Assembly: GCA_053919585.1 (NCBI GenBank)
Contig: CM132793.1
Source: Euprymna scolopes
Taxonomy: Eukaryota
Reading direction: 5' to 3' (one strand)
DNA length: 64,000 nt
In this document: positions 1-13,717 of the stretch, piece by piece
How positions within the stretch are numbered: position 1 is the first letter of the stretch
Layout of the letters: each line of letters begins with the position of its first letter
Translations under genes and position numbers: made by a program
Notes under the pieces: model-generated
Databases searched by the model: none
What the model saw: the letters and a program-made list of their open reading frames with translations, nothing else
Told to the model about the DNA's origin: nothing

Positions 1-655
1 TTTTCCCCAGTTGATTGCACCACATCTGTTGCTAAGATCGCTAGAAAAATGACACTATTTTACCGCTTCAGAAAGTATCTTGCAATCCTTTAAGTAAGAG
101 TCGAATTTGTTATAAAATACATCTGGACAAAATCTAGTCCCTGCCTTCAAAACCTGCATTGACAAATTTCAAAATTCAGCTACAAAACCTAGCAGGTGAT
201 GCTATTTTCTAGTCTCTGCAACTTCTTTCTCTCAAAAGACGTTGCAAGTCTGTTTCTGCTCTATCGCTGTTTCTATGGCAATTGCTCTTCTGAGTTTCAA
301 TTAATGGTCTTTCCTGTTATTCTTTTATAAAAAAGGCTATTTTAGCCTCAACCACTATCAACAATTCCTCCATTCTATATATGCCTCAATCAAAACACAA
401 ATTCCATAAACACATTTTCTTTATTAGAACTGCTTGCCTGTGGAACTCTGTTCAGCTGGCCTGCTTTCCAGTTATGTTCGTCTTCATGTCAAATATAAAC
501 AAGTTCTTGTTGAGCCATCTCCTTACATAATCATATTCGAATTTCTATAATTAACGATTACTACGCTGCTGTCTAAGTGGCCAGGGTACACTTTATACTT
601 TATATTCGAGTGGTGTGTGTGCCTTTATAAGTAGTGACGCAATTGTCAAAAAAAA
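1..655 (+). mobile_element. CR1-Zenon-like non-LTR retrotransposon, decayed 3' fragment
   Basis: Frameshifted remnants of the post-RT motifs (..DVASLFLLYRCFYGNCSSE..; ..RTACLWNSV..). The 3' UTR end 'ttataagtagtgac' plus A-tail is shared with the other copies in the window. Confidence 0.75.
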
Positions 656-1149
656 TAATAAAGATAGAAATAAAACTGTACTACAATCATTGGCTCCTGC
701 CACAGAACATGGTCATAAAATGTTAGAAAATAATGCAAAACTCTTGGCAAGAAAATTACGCTAGAAAGTACGGAGAATCATTTATCCTCAGAAGACTTAT
801 TGCCACTCGGTCGTTAGCTCGAAAGCCAGGATTAAAGTTATTTTCAATTTAATATTTCGTCGGATTCATAACTAGTTTCTGAAGACAGAACCACCACGTA
901 TTTCAAGTCGGAAACATTAGTACTATGTGGATACCTGCGTTTTTAAACTGAGCGTTCCTTTGGCTTGATCATTCCTGCAGACTACTTTAAAGGTTCTTGT
1001 GATACTTAGATATTCACTAGATTCTCAATAGCTTCAAATTCATCTTTCCATATTTGGCTTATAAACTGAACCAGTTAGCTATTTTTTTCTTTTATGTTGC
1101 GACTGAATAACTTATATACTATAAATTATACATAACAGAGCTATTGATG

Positions 1150-1437
1150 ATCTCGTTTAGTCGCAAGAGACAATAGATACCCGCTGAAGGGATAGCTGCG
1201 CGTGTAATTATGAGACAGGGGTTGCACAATCACTAACCACATCTCTCCTGAATCAGCACTGCTGGAGTCCAGTGTCAAGCAGTCTCAGACGAATGGGAGC
1301 AATGCCGAGATAAGCGGTGAACTCCTACAGTACCTGAAATTCTCAAATGTTCTCCCATTTTAATACTGACCAGGCTTTACGTTGCTTAACTTCAGTGATC
1401 TAAAAGGGGATGAATTGATCAGCATGATTATAAGAGG
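1150..1437 (-). mobile_element. 5S rRNA-derived SINE (SINE3-like): 5S head ~1437-1324 plus unrelated body
   Basis: Minus strand reads gatcactgaagttaagcaacgtaaagcctggtcagtattaaaatgggaga...gtactgtagg, matching the 5S internal control region (box A to box C) with many substitutions. It is followed by ~170 bp of non-5S body. Confidence 0.75.
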
Positions 1438-1989
1438 GTCAGTCATCATATGCAAACACACACAAACACGTGTGTATATGTGTGATGTCATACGATATAG
1501 TTTATTATAGAAGTACCTTTTAATAGAAAATAATTTTAAAGATTTCAAAAGAAATTATATTTTGTTTAATGTATGAATGTAATTACTTTAACTGCTGTTT
1601 TCACTTTCGATATTATTCTAACTGCAGAGTTCTTGAACGTATACGAATTTCAAACTGTGGATCAATTGTTCTTAGTCATGTTATATATTTTGTATCGCAT
1701 GCACATGGAATTGAGCTGTCAATTTTCAAAGACTTTCAATGGGTACTGATTATTATTACCCACTATACGTTGAACACCGCCTCTAATGCTTCTAATTCAT
1801 AAACTTTCGAATGATAAAAGGGTTCATAAAAGGAAGTGGTCATCTTGAGGTCTGCAAATCGAAACAAACGTATGTTACTTGTTACAAAAGTGTTACTGTG
1901 GAGTACTATTATATAAAATAGCTAATACAAGAAAGTTACTCTTTTATCTAAATACTCGTCGCGACTTAAAAAAAAACATATGCGACGTA

Positions 1990-2680
1990 TTAAATCAAGA
2001 GCTGTGGAGGGCAAAATGAAGACAAATGTCTGTTTTGCCATTAACAATTACATTTTGCCTAAGAATCGATTGTTCAAACCCTTCGAATTAACACTCACAG
2101 GGAACATGAAATGGAACAATTACATGCAGCTGTAAAGGTTGCCTACCTTTACTATGCTTGAAAATTACTCACTCCAGGGAGTATCCACTGTCTTTATAAA
2201 GCCAAAATTTGCAGACGTGTGAGGTATTGTTGCTAAGTGTAGTTTGGTACCACTTGTCTCTTTTTCAGAGAGAGTTCAGAAAGTTTCAAATACAATAGAT
2301 CCCACACTATAGACCAGGCTCTAAGCCCCTCTCATCGTCAGAATATTGTATCCTGTCCCAGATTTTCAAGTACTTAGCAGAATGTGCTCTGATAAAAACG
2401 TAACACTTTCCTCCACTAGACGTACATGCTCCTAACAAACAGAAAAATTCAACCTCTTCACTATTCAAGATCCTAGATGCCGTAAAGCCTTACACTTCTA
2501 CGTTGTCTTCTCTCGGAGTTTTAGACTTTGGAATTCCTGTCTTACCGAACGCTAGTACAATATATTTCAATGGAATTTTAATCAAAACATCTGTTCAACT
2601 CTCTAGAGTTCGATGTTCAACATGATACATAATCCGATCCCATTATATCCAAATGGAAATATAACTGATTTGGGATAAAA
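1990..2680 (+). mobile_element. CR1-Zenon-like LINE, old decayed fragment
   Basis: Remnant peptides LTLTGNMKWNNY, CLYKAKICRRVRYCC, PLSHR and FRLWNS match the same LINE C-terminal region. Confidence 0.6.
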
Positions 2681-3380
2681 AATGAATACAATAATATATT
2701 GGCATACTCTGTCTATAGCGAAAACAGAAAAACAAATTTTTAAATGAAAAGAATTAATATATTTCTGCTAATTATTAGAATCAAAATTTATAGACATTTC
2801 TAGCTTGTAATAAAAATACATTCTATTTAGTAAATCTACTATTCCGAAACTCATTTTTTTTTTAAAAAAAAAGGTAGGCATCTGTTCAATTAACATGTCA
2901 GAACAGATGAAAACCCACGTTTCAAACATAACCACCTATGACAGAAAGAAATATCTTAGTATGTATTAACTTTTATTAAATTTAAGAAAAAAAAACACCA
3001 GGAAATACACGTTCATTAGCATAATATTAGTATAACTAATAATAATTAATACTTATAAATCTACGCTGATTCTACGCAATTTTAAAGGAGTATGGAAAAG
3101 ACGAGAACACTAACCAGTTCCACTGGAAGAGAGGAGAGAGTATGATACATTGAGCGGTTTATTGCCACCCAGATTCCAGAAAAGGCTTATGATCGTTGAC
3201 AGGGAGAAATGCATGTTATGTGCCTGTTGCGATACTTGCTTCGACTCGTCTTGCTTTGTTGAAAGACGTAAGAGTACTAGAAGACTAGGGAGACTTTTCA
3301 TTTAGACTCCTGGAAACAACTGCGGTTATTGTCAGAGAAATAATGGGTAAATTGCAACGCGCACGCACACACACACATAT

Positions 3381-3587
3381 CAGGGTGACAAAAAAAAACG
3401 GACACCAACTCTAATTAGGCCCCGTTTCTTAATGTTTTGTCTGATTGAAATGAAACTTTGGTCATAACTAGTTTATTATATTCAAAACATCACATCCAAA
3501 CACTAGGGTCTTTGGCCTTTTTTCTCCGTTCTACAGCATATGTTCTAGATGGCCTCCATTTAGCTTTTGCTTTTTTTTGTCACCCTG
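3381..3587. mobile_element. Tc1/mariner-type MITE
   Basis: Terminal inverted repeats cagggtgacaaaaaaaa (3381) and ttttttttgtcaccctg (ends 3587); 207 bp, no coding capacity. Confidence 0.7.
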
Positions 3588-4764
3588 TGCATGCATGCAT
3601 GTGAGAGAGGAAAGAGACAACATCTATAGACAAAAAGATTAAGTTCAAAGTGACGCCCCATTAGATGGGGTGATCGAATCATACTGCAGACTGAAAGCTA
3701 AGCTGTAGAAGAGAACAATGCTTGTTTTTAAGTGAAGTCTTCAGCAGCGACACATCTTAATATAGCAAACATTGTATATTCGTCCTTTTTCCACAGTTGT
3801 CTTCATTCTTTCCGCCTCTTCTCTGCGACGAATCTTTTCTCCATTCGATAGAAAAATTCCGCCTGTGTTCGTTCGTACAGTTCCACGCGTGTGAGCACAT
3901 TCAAGTTCCTCAGCGGTTCCGCACAGGAACTTGCGGGTGTGCTATTCCCAATCTTCCTGTGTCATTTCCGGTGAATAAGTGTGCGAGTTCAGCAAGAAAG
4001 AGAAAAAAATACCCAACTAATTTAGTCTGGATGCATGAAATAAAGAATTAAATTATAAAAAAGTGGCCCGCCCTTGTTATCGCGTTTATAACATGATTGT
4101 TTCAGAGGTGATTATTACGTGCGTGGATGCAATGCGAGTATGAATGGGACAGCTGAGAATGAACGGGAGGACAATGTTTTAAATAACAGACAAAAAAATC
4201 AAAACTTATACAATACGTCCAGGGTTTCAATTATCAAATATTCTTATTCGCAAACTGCAGAATACAATCTCTAGCATGTTCTGTCTCTAGGACAGCGGCG
4301 TACGGAAGGTGACGACTTGAATGTGGTCTTAATGTATAATTCCGGTTGTGGTGAAAAGATTTTATCTAGCAGTTTATAGAAAAGGGTGCCTACTCTAGTC
4401 CTGAGAAAAGAGAGATAAATAGTATTGCGTTTAATATTGTGGCTTTACTTGGAAGACTGGTATGTTTATATATTTATGAAGTGGAGATTTTTTTTGCTCT
4501 TACATTTAATATTAAAATCCTTTTTCTTTTCAACATTATTTTTTTTTTAACTTTTTAATATACTCAGTTATGGATATGCTTGCGAGTATATTAGCGTTAA
4601 CTAATTTACCTATTCATTTGAAAAGTGCGCGTTGAGGAATTTATTTTTTACAGTTTCTTATTAGACGGCTGTTAAGTATTATGCTTAATTCTATTTATAC
4701 ATAGATCTATATTCTTCATAATTGTGCAGAACTAAAGATGAAACCCTTGCACAGGGCAATATCA

Positions 4765-5260
4765 TATATTGGCATTGCGTGTGTGAGAAATGTCTCTTAC
4801 ACACTCTAAATATTTGATCTACAAAGTTTGATTTTTTTTATATGGTATTTGGACATGTAGCCCGTTTTCAGTTGGGTTTTTTTAGATGGTAAAATAGCTG
4901 CTAAGATATAAAAGTTGAAAAATCATTGGCCTCGCGTAAGTTCAATGCCTGTTTGTATTTGTTTTTTTTTTTTCAGCGAATGGGCTTATAATTTTTTAAA
5001 GTTTAACAACGCCATTTTTGCAGGTTTTGTATACGTATGGATTTAGGTTAGACGTTGACGGATAACGCTAGAGATGTATGTTTTGGTTTCGATTCTAGCT
5101 GACGCCTCACAAGGCATTTTTATTTATGACACCCCTATTATACATTAGATACAATATAATAATCGATAAATAAGCTTTACAATAATAAATACGAGATTGG
5201 CATGAGTTAAAATATATTTAAGCGTATTTTACGACCGAGCAACGCCGGGTGGCATGTGAG
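4765..5260 (+). mobile_element. Non-autonomous Helitron-like element (family B)
   Basis: 3' end cgaccgagcaacgccgggtggcatgtgag matches the reverse complement of 47065-47095 (cgaccgagcaacgcctggtggcctgctag; hairpin plus CTAG). The 5' parts are also similar. Confidence 0.55.
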
Positions 5261-5399
5261 TATTATACAGAAAACGTCTGTTTACGAGTGCTCCGTTGTA
5301 ATATAACACAACATTATTCGAAATACAAATAAAATCCCATCGACAAAACTACATATACTGGCTTATACGAGGATTGGTGCATTTTCTCTAAATAACGTG

Positions 5400-5880
5400 G
5401 CCTATAGTAACTCCACGAGACGAGAGGAATTCTTGTCCTAAAATTCAGTTAGACTAAGAATAAAAACTATTTTATAATGTACTTCACTAGTCAATGAGTG
5501 AGAAAATGTAATATCGTTGACTTTGCTGCTGCATGTAATTGTTTCATTTCATGTTCCCTGTGAACGATGGGGGTATCAGGCGAAATGTTATTTGTCAAAG
5601 CAACGTTACAGAGATAAAAGCATTAACGTAATATCTAATCATCTCATAGAGAAATAAAGTGTTGACCGCAGAAAGTTGCCTTCTAAATTTCAGAGGACTT
5701 GCTGAAGTCAAATAGAACAAGATAGGCAGCATAAATTACCAATAATACTTCTAAAAGAGTAATGGAATATACGAATATCTATGGATCTCCTCTACGGATC
5801 AGAATAAAAACCCTTGATTTTAGATCTTCGACAGAGATATATAATAAACGTTGCGTTTTAGAAATCTATAACAACGCTGT
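5400..5880 (-). mobile_element. Highly decayed LINE fragment (CR1-Zenon-like)
   Basis: 5520-5565 is a near-identical inverted copy of 2095-2135 (cacagggaacatgaaatg..aacaattacatgcagc). The boundaries are approximate. Confidence 0.4.
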
Positions 5881-6274
5881 TGATTCTAATTAGAATAAGA
5901 CGTTTATTGGTTAGTGGCATCATCCTGAACAGTGCAATATACTAATAATACTGATAAAACTGATATAACATAGAATATAAAATACGTACTTAATTCGTTG
6001 ATGCTAATACAGACATCTTAAAACGTCTACTGTATACAAATAGAAAGACCATTCATGAACGTTAATAGAAAATTAGCTTAGGCAAGAATGAATAGAAACT
6101 ATTGATAACAGTAACGGATTTCAAGGTTTAGAGAATACGCTTAAAGCACGTTTTTCTTATTGTTGGATCTATATGATGCATTATTAGACCAGAGTGTTGT
6201 TTTTGATAACGCTAAAATCAGACAGAATCATAAATTATTAAAATTATTCGCGTTTCAGGTTTAGAATGTTTTCC

Positions 6275-6630
6275 TAATACAGTACAGCCCTGGGATACGG
6301 TGGCCCTAGGATACGTCTTTCTTTTCCGGTTACGATGCGGAATACGATGTTTTCCGGTCCCTTGTTAAGGCATTTGCGCCGCTGTGCCATCCATCTCATC
6401 CATAGCCTTGAGCCCCTGGAGGAGTAAAGGCCATCTACAACTTTGTAGATGCTTTTGTAGCAATTTCTTCTTTCGACTAAGGGTGTTGGCCCCAACTGTA
6501 ACCTTCCCAGAAGGTAAATACAACGTCTCACCTTCTCAAATGATCACCCATCTGGTTCTAGCCAGGTTCGACGTTGCTTTGCATTGGTGATCTGGAGAAA
6601 ACTGGTATGTCAACGTGATTGTTTCGTACA
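6275..6630 (-). mobile_element. 5S rRNA-derived SINE3-like element (head ~6630-6518, GC-richer body 6517-6275)
   Basis: Minus strand: aatcacgttgacataccagttttctccagatcaccaatgcaaagcaacgtcgaacctggctagaaccagatgggtgatcatttgagaa, collinear with 5S rRNA. Confidence 0.75.
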
Positions 6631-6631
6631 T

Positions 6632-6822
6632 CTTTACTTTAGAGAGATCCATCTACCTTTAGGAGAAGGATAGACCGCGCCAGTTTCCCAAGCTGGTATT
6701 TTTCCACTCGGTACATAAGAGCCTCGTCTTCTGAAATGGTTCTATCTGGTACTGGCCAGGTTTGACGTTGTCTCACTTCTGTGATCTGGCGGGAACCAGT
6801 GTGTCAATGTGATTATGCCGTA
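6632..6822 (-). mobile_element. Second 5S rRNA-derived head plus short body, directly upstream of the previous one
   Basis: Minus strand: tacggcataatcacattgacacactggttcccgccagatcacagaagtgagacaacgtcaaacctggccagtaccagatagaacc, collinear with 5S rRNA. Confidence 0.75.
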
Positions 6823-8864
6823 TTTCCCCGCCTTACGGTGTTTATGTTGGATTATACACATGTGCTTTATATACTGTACTGTATTTTGTTACTAATTTTT
6901 AATATCGTATCCAGAGGTTGTACTGGATTTTCCATCTAGAAATAGGTTTAAAGGATTATAAACTTGGGGGCTTGCCATTTATAAAGGAATCACATCTATT
7001 TTGTTATTTTCGTTCATTTGAAAACATTATTTCTGATCGGCTCACAGTAACTTTCGTTGAATATCCATTTCGAGAAATGTGTATCCGCACTACTAGCTGT
7101 TATTATCGAAGCGGTCCACGCGTTGTAACCTTCGACCATAATTTTCATCATGTCGAACTATGAGGTATGTAGAAATATTTTAATTGAACCCACAACTCCC
7201 TATGCTGTATCACTTGTTGCTCTCCAATCCTTCTTTGTAAATCTGTTTCCGGTAAAAATAATAAAAAAAATGGTTGACAATTATTTTGGCTGAAATTTTG
7301 AGAATAACGGGACATAAAACCTTTACAAGCTGTTCTGTCGGAGAGTTCATTTATACACAAGGAAATATTCTTATTGTAGTGTGTTAATAAAGCTAAAGTC
7401 TGACATTTCATTTCTAAAACATGGAAGTTGCTATCACCAATAACTAAATATGCGTAAGAGATATAAAAATAAATTTTAAAAAAATATTAGCATTTCGTGT
7501 TTTATTAGATCGACGTTTTAACACATTCGTCGTAATTTGCAACTAACAAAAGTTACACTTAACGAATATCAGCTAAATATAGTTTGCCGATCGAGTTAAT
7601 CCTTTCCAAGCGATGATGTTAACATTTCTGATTCCTTTGTTTTTAACCATTAATTTTCTTGAAGCTTTAGTATTCGAAATGAAACTGTCTGATTCCAAAG
7701 TTCATTAATTTTAATGAATTCATCGATCAGCATTGTATCTCGCTTGAGTAATCCATCAACCAGGTTTTTCTTTTTTTACGATGCCATAGGCAAATCACCC
7801 ATCCATATCTGATATGTGCAAATTGCATAAAAAATGAAGCTGGGAAAATCTAATTAAGTTACCAAAACAAATATCGATGCTTTCTTTTTTATTTCAATAA
7901 CAAACTGCAGTACTAAAAAACCGCGAAGATAAGGACAATCGTTCCGTTTCGCATACAGAGTATACACCAAGTTCTGAAATGCATTTTATTAAAGAAATAC
8001 AAAAACTAGTCAGTATTTGTCTAATCAGAGCAAATGTTTTAATATCAAACGCATGGGATTAGTAAAATTTGTAACAAAAACCAATTTGACGTCCATATAA
8101 TGTTAGTATTATGACATGCTGGGATTCATTTGAGTTTACAAAGAACGGAACCAACATTCCCGACAAATGTTCCCCGTTGTCATCACATTGACAAATTATT
8201 AAATAAGTTCTCAGAACATATAATAAAATCATGACATGGAGGCAATATTCTATAACGGTAATAATTAATATAATTTAAACAGTTAATGTGTTTCTTAGAT
8301 ATATATCAAGGAACATTTTAAAGTGTCATTGACGAGTAATTAAAAACCTACTCTATATAACAGGAGATAAAATTACAGCTTAAAAATTCTACTAGTTTTA
8401 TGTAACACTCTTGCGTTTCTAAACTGTCTACTACTCTCACAACTTCTCATCTTATACGTCCTTTCTTAATAATGTGGGTTAGATTTTTCTGTACTGATTG
8501 GCAGGTAAAAAAATTGCACACAGGAACACACACCATGACGGTTATTGAGTCTATAAGACTTGAGCACTTGTTGATTTTAAATTGGTTTACAGACTGACAC
8601 TTGCGTAGCAAATTCTTTCTTAATAGGTTTCCCGTCTGTCGGTCGTTGTTCCAGTTCAAATAAAAAAAATCAATAAGCACACATTAGATCGTAGTCTTCA
8701 GTTAGAATTTGCAGACAACATCTTGCAATTTTTTTCTTACTCTTAGACCAGTAATCTAATCGAAGTTTATGTAAAAATTGTCAATAATCAAATTTACCGA
8801 CGCGATAACATATGGTTTCTTCCGAAATAGAAAATCAGTATACTATATTACTTAGTGAAATATG

Positions 8865-8870
<6 letters not shown>

Positions 8871-8928
<58 letters not shown>
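8871..8928. repeat. (AT)n microsatellite
   Basis: Perfect dinucleotide run. Confidence 0.97.
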
Positions 8929-8931
<3 letters not shown>

Positions 8932-9226
8932 TGAAAATAACTGGGAATAGCTTAAAACCTTTGCATCACAACGTTTCGTTTACATGTAGCGAAGGTATTT
9001 TTCAAGAGTTTGACACACTTTTGACAACAGTTGCCATTCATTAAAAAGCATGTACAACATGGCGATTGTATTTCAAAATTTTCTCTTATCTCTCAAAGTC
9101 TATTATATTTTGTCTGATCGTAGATAATTTTTTTACGTTGGTACGTCACCTAAACACGAAACGTTACGTGCGCACATTTTCCCATTATTACACGGTTTTG
9201 ATTTCTCTAAAATACTAACAGCCATA

Positions 9227-9603
9227 NNNNNNNNNNNNNNNNNNNNNNNNNNNNNNNNNNNNNNNNNNNNNNNNNNNNNNNNNNNNNNNNNNNNNNNNNN
9301 NNNNNNNNNNNNNNNNNNNNNNNNNNNNNNNNNNNNNNNNNNNNNNNNNNNNNNNNNNNNNNNNNNNNNNNNNNNNNNNNNNNNNNNNNNNNNNNNNNNN
9401 NNNNNNNNNNNNNNNNNNNNNNNNNNNNNNNNNNNNNNNNNNNNNNNNNNNNNNNNNNNNNNNNNNNNNNNNNNNNNNNNNNNNNNNNNNNNNNNNNNNN
9501 NNNNNNNNNNNNNNNNNNNNNNNNNNNNNNNNNNNNNNNNNNNNNNNNNNNNNNNNNNNNNNNNNNNNNNNNNNNNNNNNNNNNNNNNNNNNNNNNNNNN
9601 NNN
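9227..9603. other. Assembly gap (N run)
   Basis: Run of n. Confidence 1.
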
Positions 9604-10274
9604 CTTATTATAATTTATAGGAGAGTCACATTCCATAATCAGTCATATTTAACGATGGAAGCACGATATTAACCGGTAATTATTTTATCTTTAAAATGTC
9701 CCCAACGAGACCAGGAAGTGTTCTAGATTTACACCTGTTCTATCCGTGCTTACTTTTAATTTTGACTAAGTAACATTAGTTTATTTGTTTACGATGCTAG
9801 GAATTTGAGTCCCCGTCCCCTTCATAAATTCAGCTCAATTACATTGCTTGATAGCATACGTTTATCAGATTAATAGAATATCGAAATAAGGGGATTTCGA
9901 ACGGTGAAAAACATTTCACGAATTAAGAAATTGTGTAATAAAGCAACAAACAATCGGATAATTTGTCCTAAAATAAACCCAAACCTCAATTACAATCACT
10001 CTGCATGTATATTAAAACAAGTCTTTTATTAAAAATTTGTGAAGGAATCTATTTCGGAAAAAAGTTAGCAAGGATGTAGTTTTTTTTCTACGGAACCTAC
10101 CCAGATCTACTTTAACACTGACCTTATTAAAGAAAAATCGCAGTGATTCTTTCGACTATTTTAATCGAAAAACTCCCTATTCTACCGTTTCAAACATTTG
10201 ACTTGACTTTGCCATATGTTAATTAATAATTAGCAATAACGCTGATATAAAATAAGCGCGCATGCGTATTTACA

Positions 10275-10688
10275 CACTGCGCGATTTTAGTTTATTCTGC
10301 ATTTTAATATACAAATTGAATAACACGATATCATAGCAGTCGTCGTCACGTATCTCTTCATGTAATATTGAAAAGTTTAGTAGAATTAGTGGTCTCTGGC
10401 CCTCTACTAGGTCTGAGCAACCATCACTCCAATCGCACCTCATGCCATAACCGGGAAACACCAATGTTTCAGCATTAGCTGCTTTTTTAAAGTCAAATTC
10501 TTGCACATATCCTTCAACTCTCGGGAAATAATACAAAGCGTGACTCCTCAGAGAAAATGGCATTAGTCCAAAGGCTATAGAGCAGAGTTGAACGAAAATC
10601 ACTCTCTTAAGAACGGCTTTCGGAATAAACTTTCAAATTCCCAATGTTAAAAATAGCTTTCGTTTTTTGGAGTTTTTTTTTTTCAGTG
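10275..10688 (-). mobile_element. Internally deleted Tc1-family transposon with transposase remnant
   Basis: Minus strand reads WTNAIFSEESRF (first catalytic-D motif W..VIFSDESRF), then VMA*GAIG and DGCSDLVE..SILHEE in shifted frames. The ends are CACTG/CAGTG, with TA at 10689-10690. Confidence 0.7.
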
Positions 10689-11022
10689 TATAATTATTGT
10701 TGGTCATAAATATATAGGAGTGATTGTCGTTCAGGTTCGCCGGCCATAGATATCTCCACCATCTCACAAGCCCAATCTGTTCCATGCTTGATATTGGCAG
10801 GGCGAATTACAGGTTTCTTTTCGCAGCTCTACCAAAGTAGCCCAACTTGGGAAGATACCTAACAGCTAGTCCTGCTTTTATTGCAATGTCAGAGACTTTA
10901 AACCGAGAATCCTCTTCAAAATTTCTTTACACAAGATGCATAGTTTTTTTTTTTTTGGGGGGGGTTCAGAAAGGCCCGGGCGACCTGGATAATGTTTGTG
11001 CAATATTGTCGTCTCCTGGGAA

Positions 11023-11620
11023 TTTTTTTTTTTTTTACAGAGATCACCACTTATCAAGGCCCGGAAGCCACTCAGGGATAAGGGTTATTGCAAGTACATT
11101 ACGTTAGTGAGGAGATTTGATGAAGTGTTTACTTAAGGGGGCGGTTCATTAGGAATTTGTTAACATTAGACTTGAAGACATCCAAGTTGTAGTCCGGAGG
11201 GAAGCAGGCAGACGGAACAGAGTTCCACAGGCGTGCAGTTCTAAGAAAGAAGCTTTGTTCATGAAATCCGCGTTTTGATTTAGGCACAGATATAGTGGGG
11301 GAAATTTTTCACAGTGGATTAAGCTAGACGGGTGTTTTTCGTGAAAGATTGGCGAGGGGGGACCAGGGATTGGAGTTCAGACGAGCACCTGCCATGAAAA
11401 TAACGATAAAACAAGGATAGGCTTGCAACGTCTCTTCTGTGGGAGATGGGGTTGCAGGGTAGAGAAAAGGGCATCCCCCACTAAACCACGAAGTCTATTT
11501 TGTACTCTGTCAAGGCATGATAGGCTGTTTTTGGCAGCTCCTGCCCAGATATGGCAACAGTATTCCATCCTTGGCCGTACGAATTGTACGAACATACTAT
11601 TAACAGTATAAAGTGGTATT
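11023..11620 (-). mobile_element. CR1-Zenon-like LINE 3' end (best-preserved copy) with poly(A) tail
   Basis: VRPRMEYCCHIWAGAAKNSLSCLDRVQNRLRGLVGDALFSTLQP, then after a frameshift RDVASLSLFYRYFHGRCSSEL and FFLRTARLWNSVPSACFPPDYNLDVFKSNVNK; poly-T on the + strand at 11023. Confidence 0.9.
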
Positions 11621-11855
11621 AAATAATTTTCTGATATTTTGCGTTGACCAAGACCACAATGTTGACGCACGATTCGTCGTCGGAGAAATTCTGAAAAGTC
11701 TGATGCTCCATTTGGTTCATGGCATGCTTCAATGTTGTTAGATGCAATTTTAATGAGATACTATTAGTTATTTCAACACTATTATATGCAGATATAAATA
11801 AGCATGCATTAATCTTAAAAATGTGTTTATTAGTGTCTGTTTTTTTCTGCCATGT

Positions 11856-11858
<3 letters not shown>

Positions 11859-11931
<73 letters not shown>
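11859..11931. repeat. (TA)n microsatellite
   Basis: Perfect dinucleotide run. Confidence 0.97.
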
Positions 11932-11934
<3 letters not shown>

Positions 11935-12329
11935 CAGGCATACACCTGCGTCGTTTACCATAGGAATAGTTGACATATGATATGGTTTCTCATAAATGAT
12001 TCCTCAAACAATTACTATTTCGCTACTAATTTAATAGGTTCTTGATTTTATATGGGAATTAATTTGACATAACATATTCACTTTGCGTATTCAGCAGTGT
12101 ATCGTTCGATTATTAAGTAAGCCTTTCCTTAACGCCTTAATGATTGGTTATGGGGAAGACGTAGAACTTCAGTGCATTTTACTGGTAAGTTGAGATCTGA
12201 AACGTGTGGACTCATGCCTTTGTTACCATTGCTTTCGGTCCATCTTCTCGTTGGAATTTAGTACCCTGCAAGGGTTACGTGCATGTGGTACATAGTATTT
12301 GCCATGGTTTACCCACTTGCTTGTCTAAT

Positions 12330-12890
12330 AAACCAAAGCATTGGCTTCTGTTCCATTCTAACACGTGAAACTTCCTCTTTCACTTTAATTTTTTTTTTTG
12401 TATTGCTTAGCCTTTTTTGAAACCCAGTCTTAAGATAGCTCGACACCAAACATTTATTTGTGATAGTTTAGCTGGGGAACCTCTATCCCTGGACTTGATA
12501 ATGCTTGATAAAATGCAGAAACGGATCTATAATTTTATTGGTGCTAAACCTTTCTTTTCTGTACATTTTTTTATTTGCAAACGTGATGTTCTTCTTTCTT
12601 TTATACATACTATTATAACAGATGCTTTAAAGAATTGTCTGATCTATTCCTTGTTTTTATGGTCACGATCCGCCATTTTTATACCTCATTGTAAAACAGC
12701 TTCTTTCTCCAGTAGATTATTTCCACGAAATACAAACTTGTGGAACTGTTTTACTCCAAAATAATTTTTTTTCAGAGCTAAGGTCATCAGCATCGCGTTT
12801 GTATTTTGATAATCATCTTTCGTTTCAGTTATCTTTCTACATCAAGTGGTTTCACATCTCATCTAGAGTCATTTATATTTAAAAAAAAAA
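12330..12890 (+). mobile_element. CR1-Zenon-like LINE, decayed fragment
   Basis: ORF 12417-12764 holds remnants MLDKMQKRIYNFIG, KRDV and SFSSRLFPRNTNLWNC. Confidence 0.6.
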
Positions 12891-13717
12891 CTTCACTCAG
12901 TAAACACTTTAATATATACAAAATAACTTAAAGAACCTTTCGTAATATCTTGTATCTTTTCTTTTTATAAGGAAAAAATCAACGATTCTACTTGTTTTTA
13001 AGTATGAGATGATACTATGCTTACAATCTTTTCGTTGTCTGCAGTTCTAACGCCTTACCAAACAGGTTTGTGACGCACATGAGAGAAGGCAAATGTGTCA
13101 GCATATTTGTTAATATTTGCAATCTTGCCAACGGCGTAATAGACAAACCCAATATATTTTTCAATAAGAGCGCACCAGCGTAAAGGAGTCTATACAAACG
13201 TTATATAGACAATAGATTGAACGAGATAAGAAAATTTAAAAATAAAGACTTTGTAAATTGGTTTGGGTTTCAACCACAAAGCAAGAAAAAGAAACTATAG
13301 CAAATATCATAGTAAGCATCTTTTAAAACGGGTTAAAATCGTTTCATACTTATATATGCTAGCCACTAAATGCTTATGTTTGTTGCATGGGAGGGTAGTA
13401 TTAGAGTAGATGGACATGCACTACATTCACAGGTAATGAGTGGGATGGAGAGAATAGTATTATGACGGACGAAGATCAACTACGCTAAAATCCTCCTTAC
13501 CAAAACATGAGGTCATGCATTTCTTTTCCCTCATTTTTATTAAGATATTTGTTTTTTTCGTTTTAAACGATGTTTATTGCATATGAAATGTTTCGGCGGT
13601 CACTGTCTATACGTCAATTTTTTTTTTAATTGTGTTGTAATTTATTAGCGTTCGATTCTTTTACTATTACTTTATACAGATATTAGTACAAAACATCATG
13701 GGCAACTGATATCTATT

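Noticed and set aside
784-925. Two hammerhead-like motifs (cagaaga..gaaagcc; ctgaaga..gaaacatt)
   Set aside because: Stems I and II are not convincing and the core is altered; at most very old Penelope-like debris.
1324-1437. Functional 5S rRNA genes (also 6518-6630, 6712-6822, 16880-16962)
   Set aside because: Many substitutions and deletions, no oligo-T terminator after the head, and no array of identical units.
4450-4470. Seed-like matches to conserved miRNAs (miR-7 here, miR-34 at 23131, miR-8 near 32168)
   Set aside because: Only about 9-12 nt match and there is no precursor hairpin.
7000-8700. Possible piggyBac-like transposase debris on the minus strand
   Set aside because: Only vague motif echoes (e.g. 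NFFT); no TIR or TTAA support found.
8862-9044. ORFs with IYIYIY runs or X runs (also 11619-11973, 23068-23259, 32790-33020 and ORFs across gaps)
   Set aside because: Artefacts of (TA)n microsatellites and N gaps.
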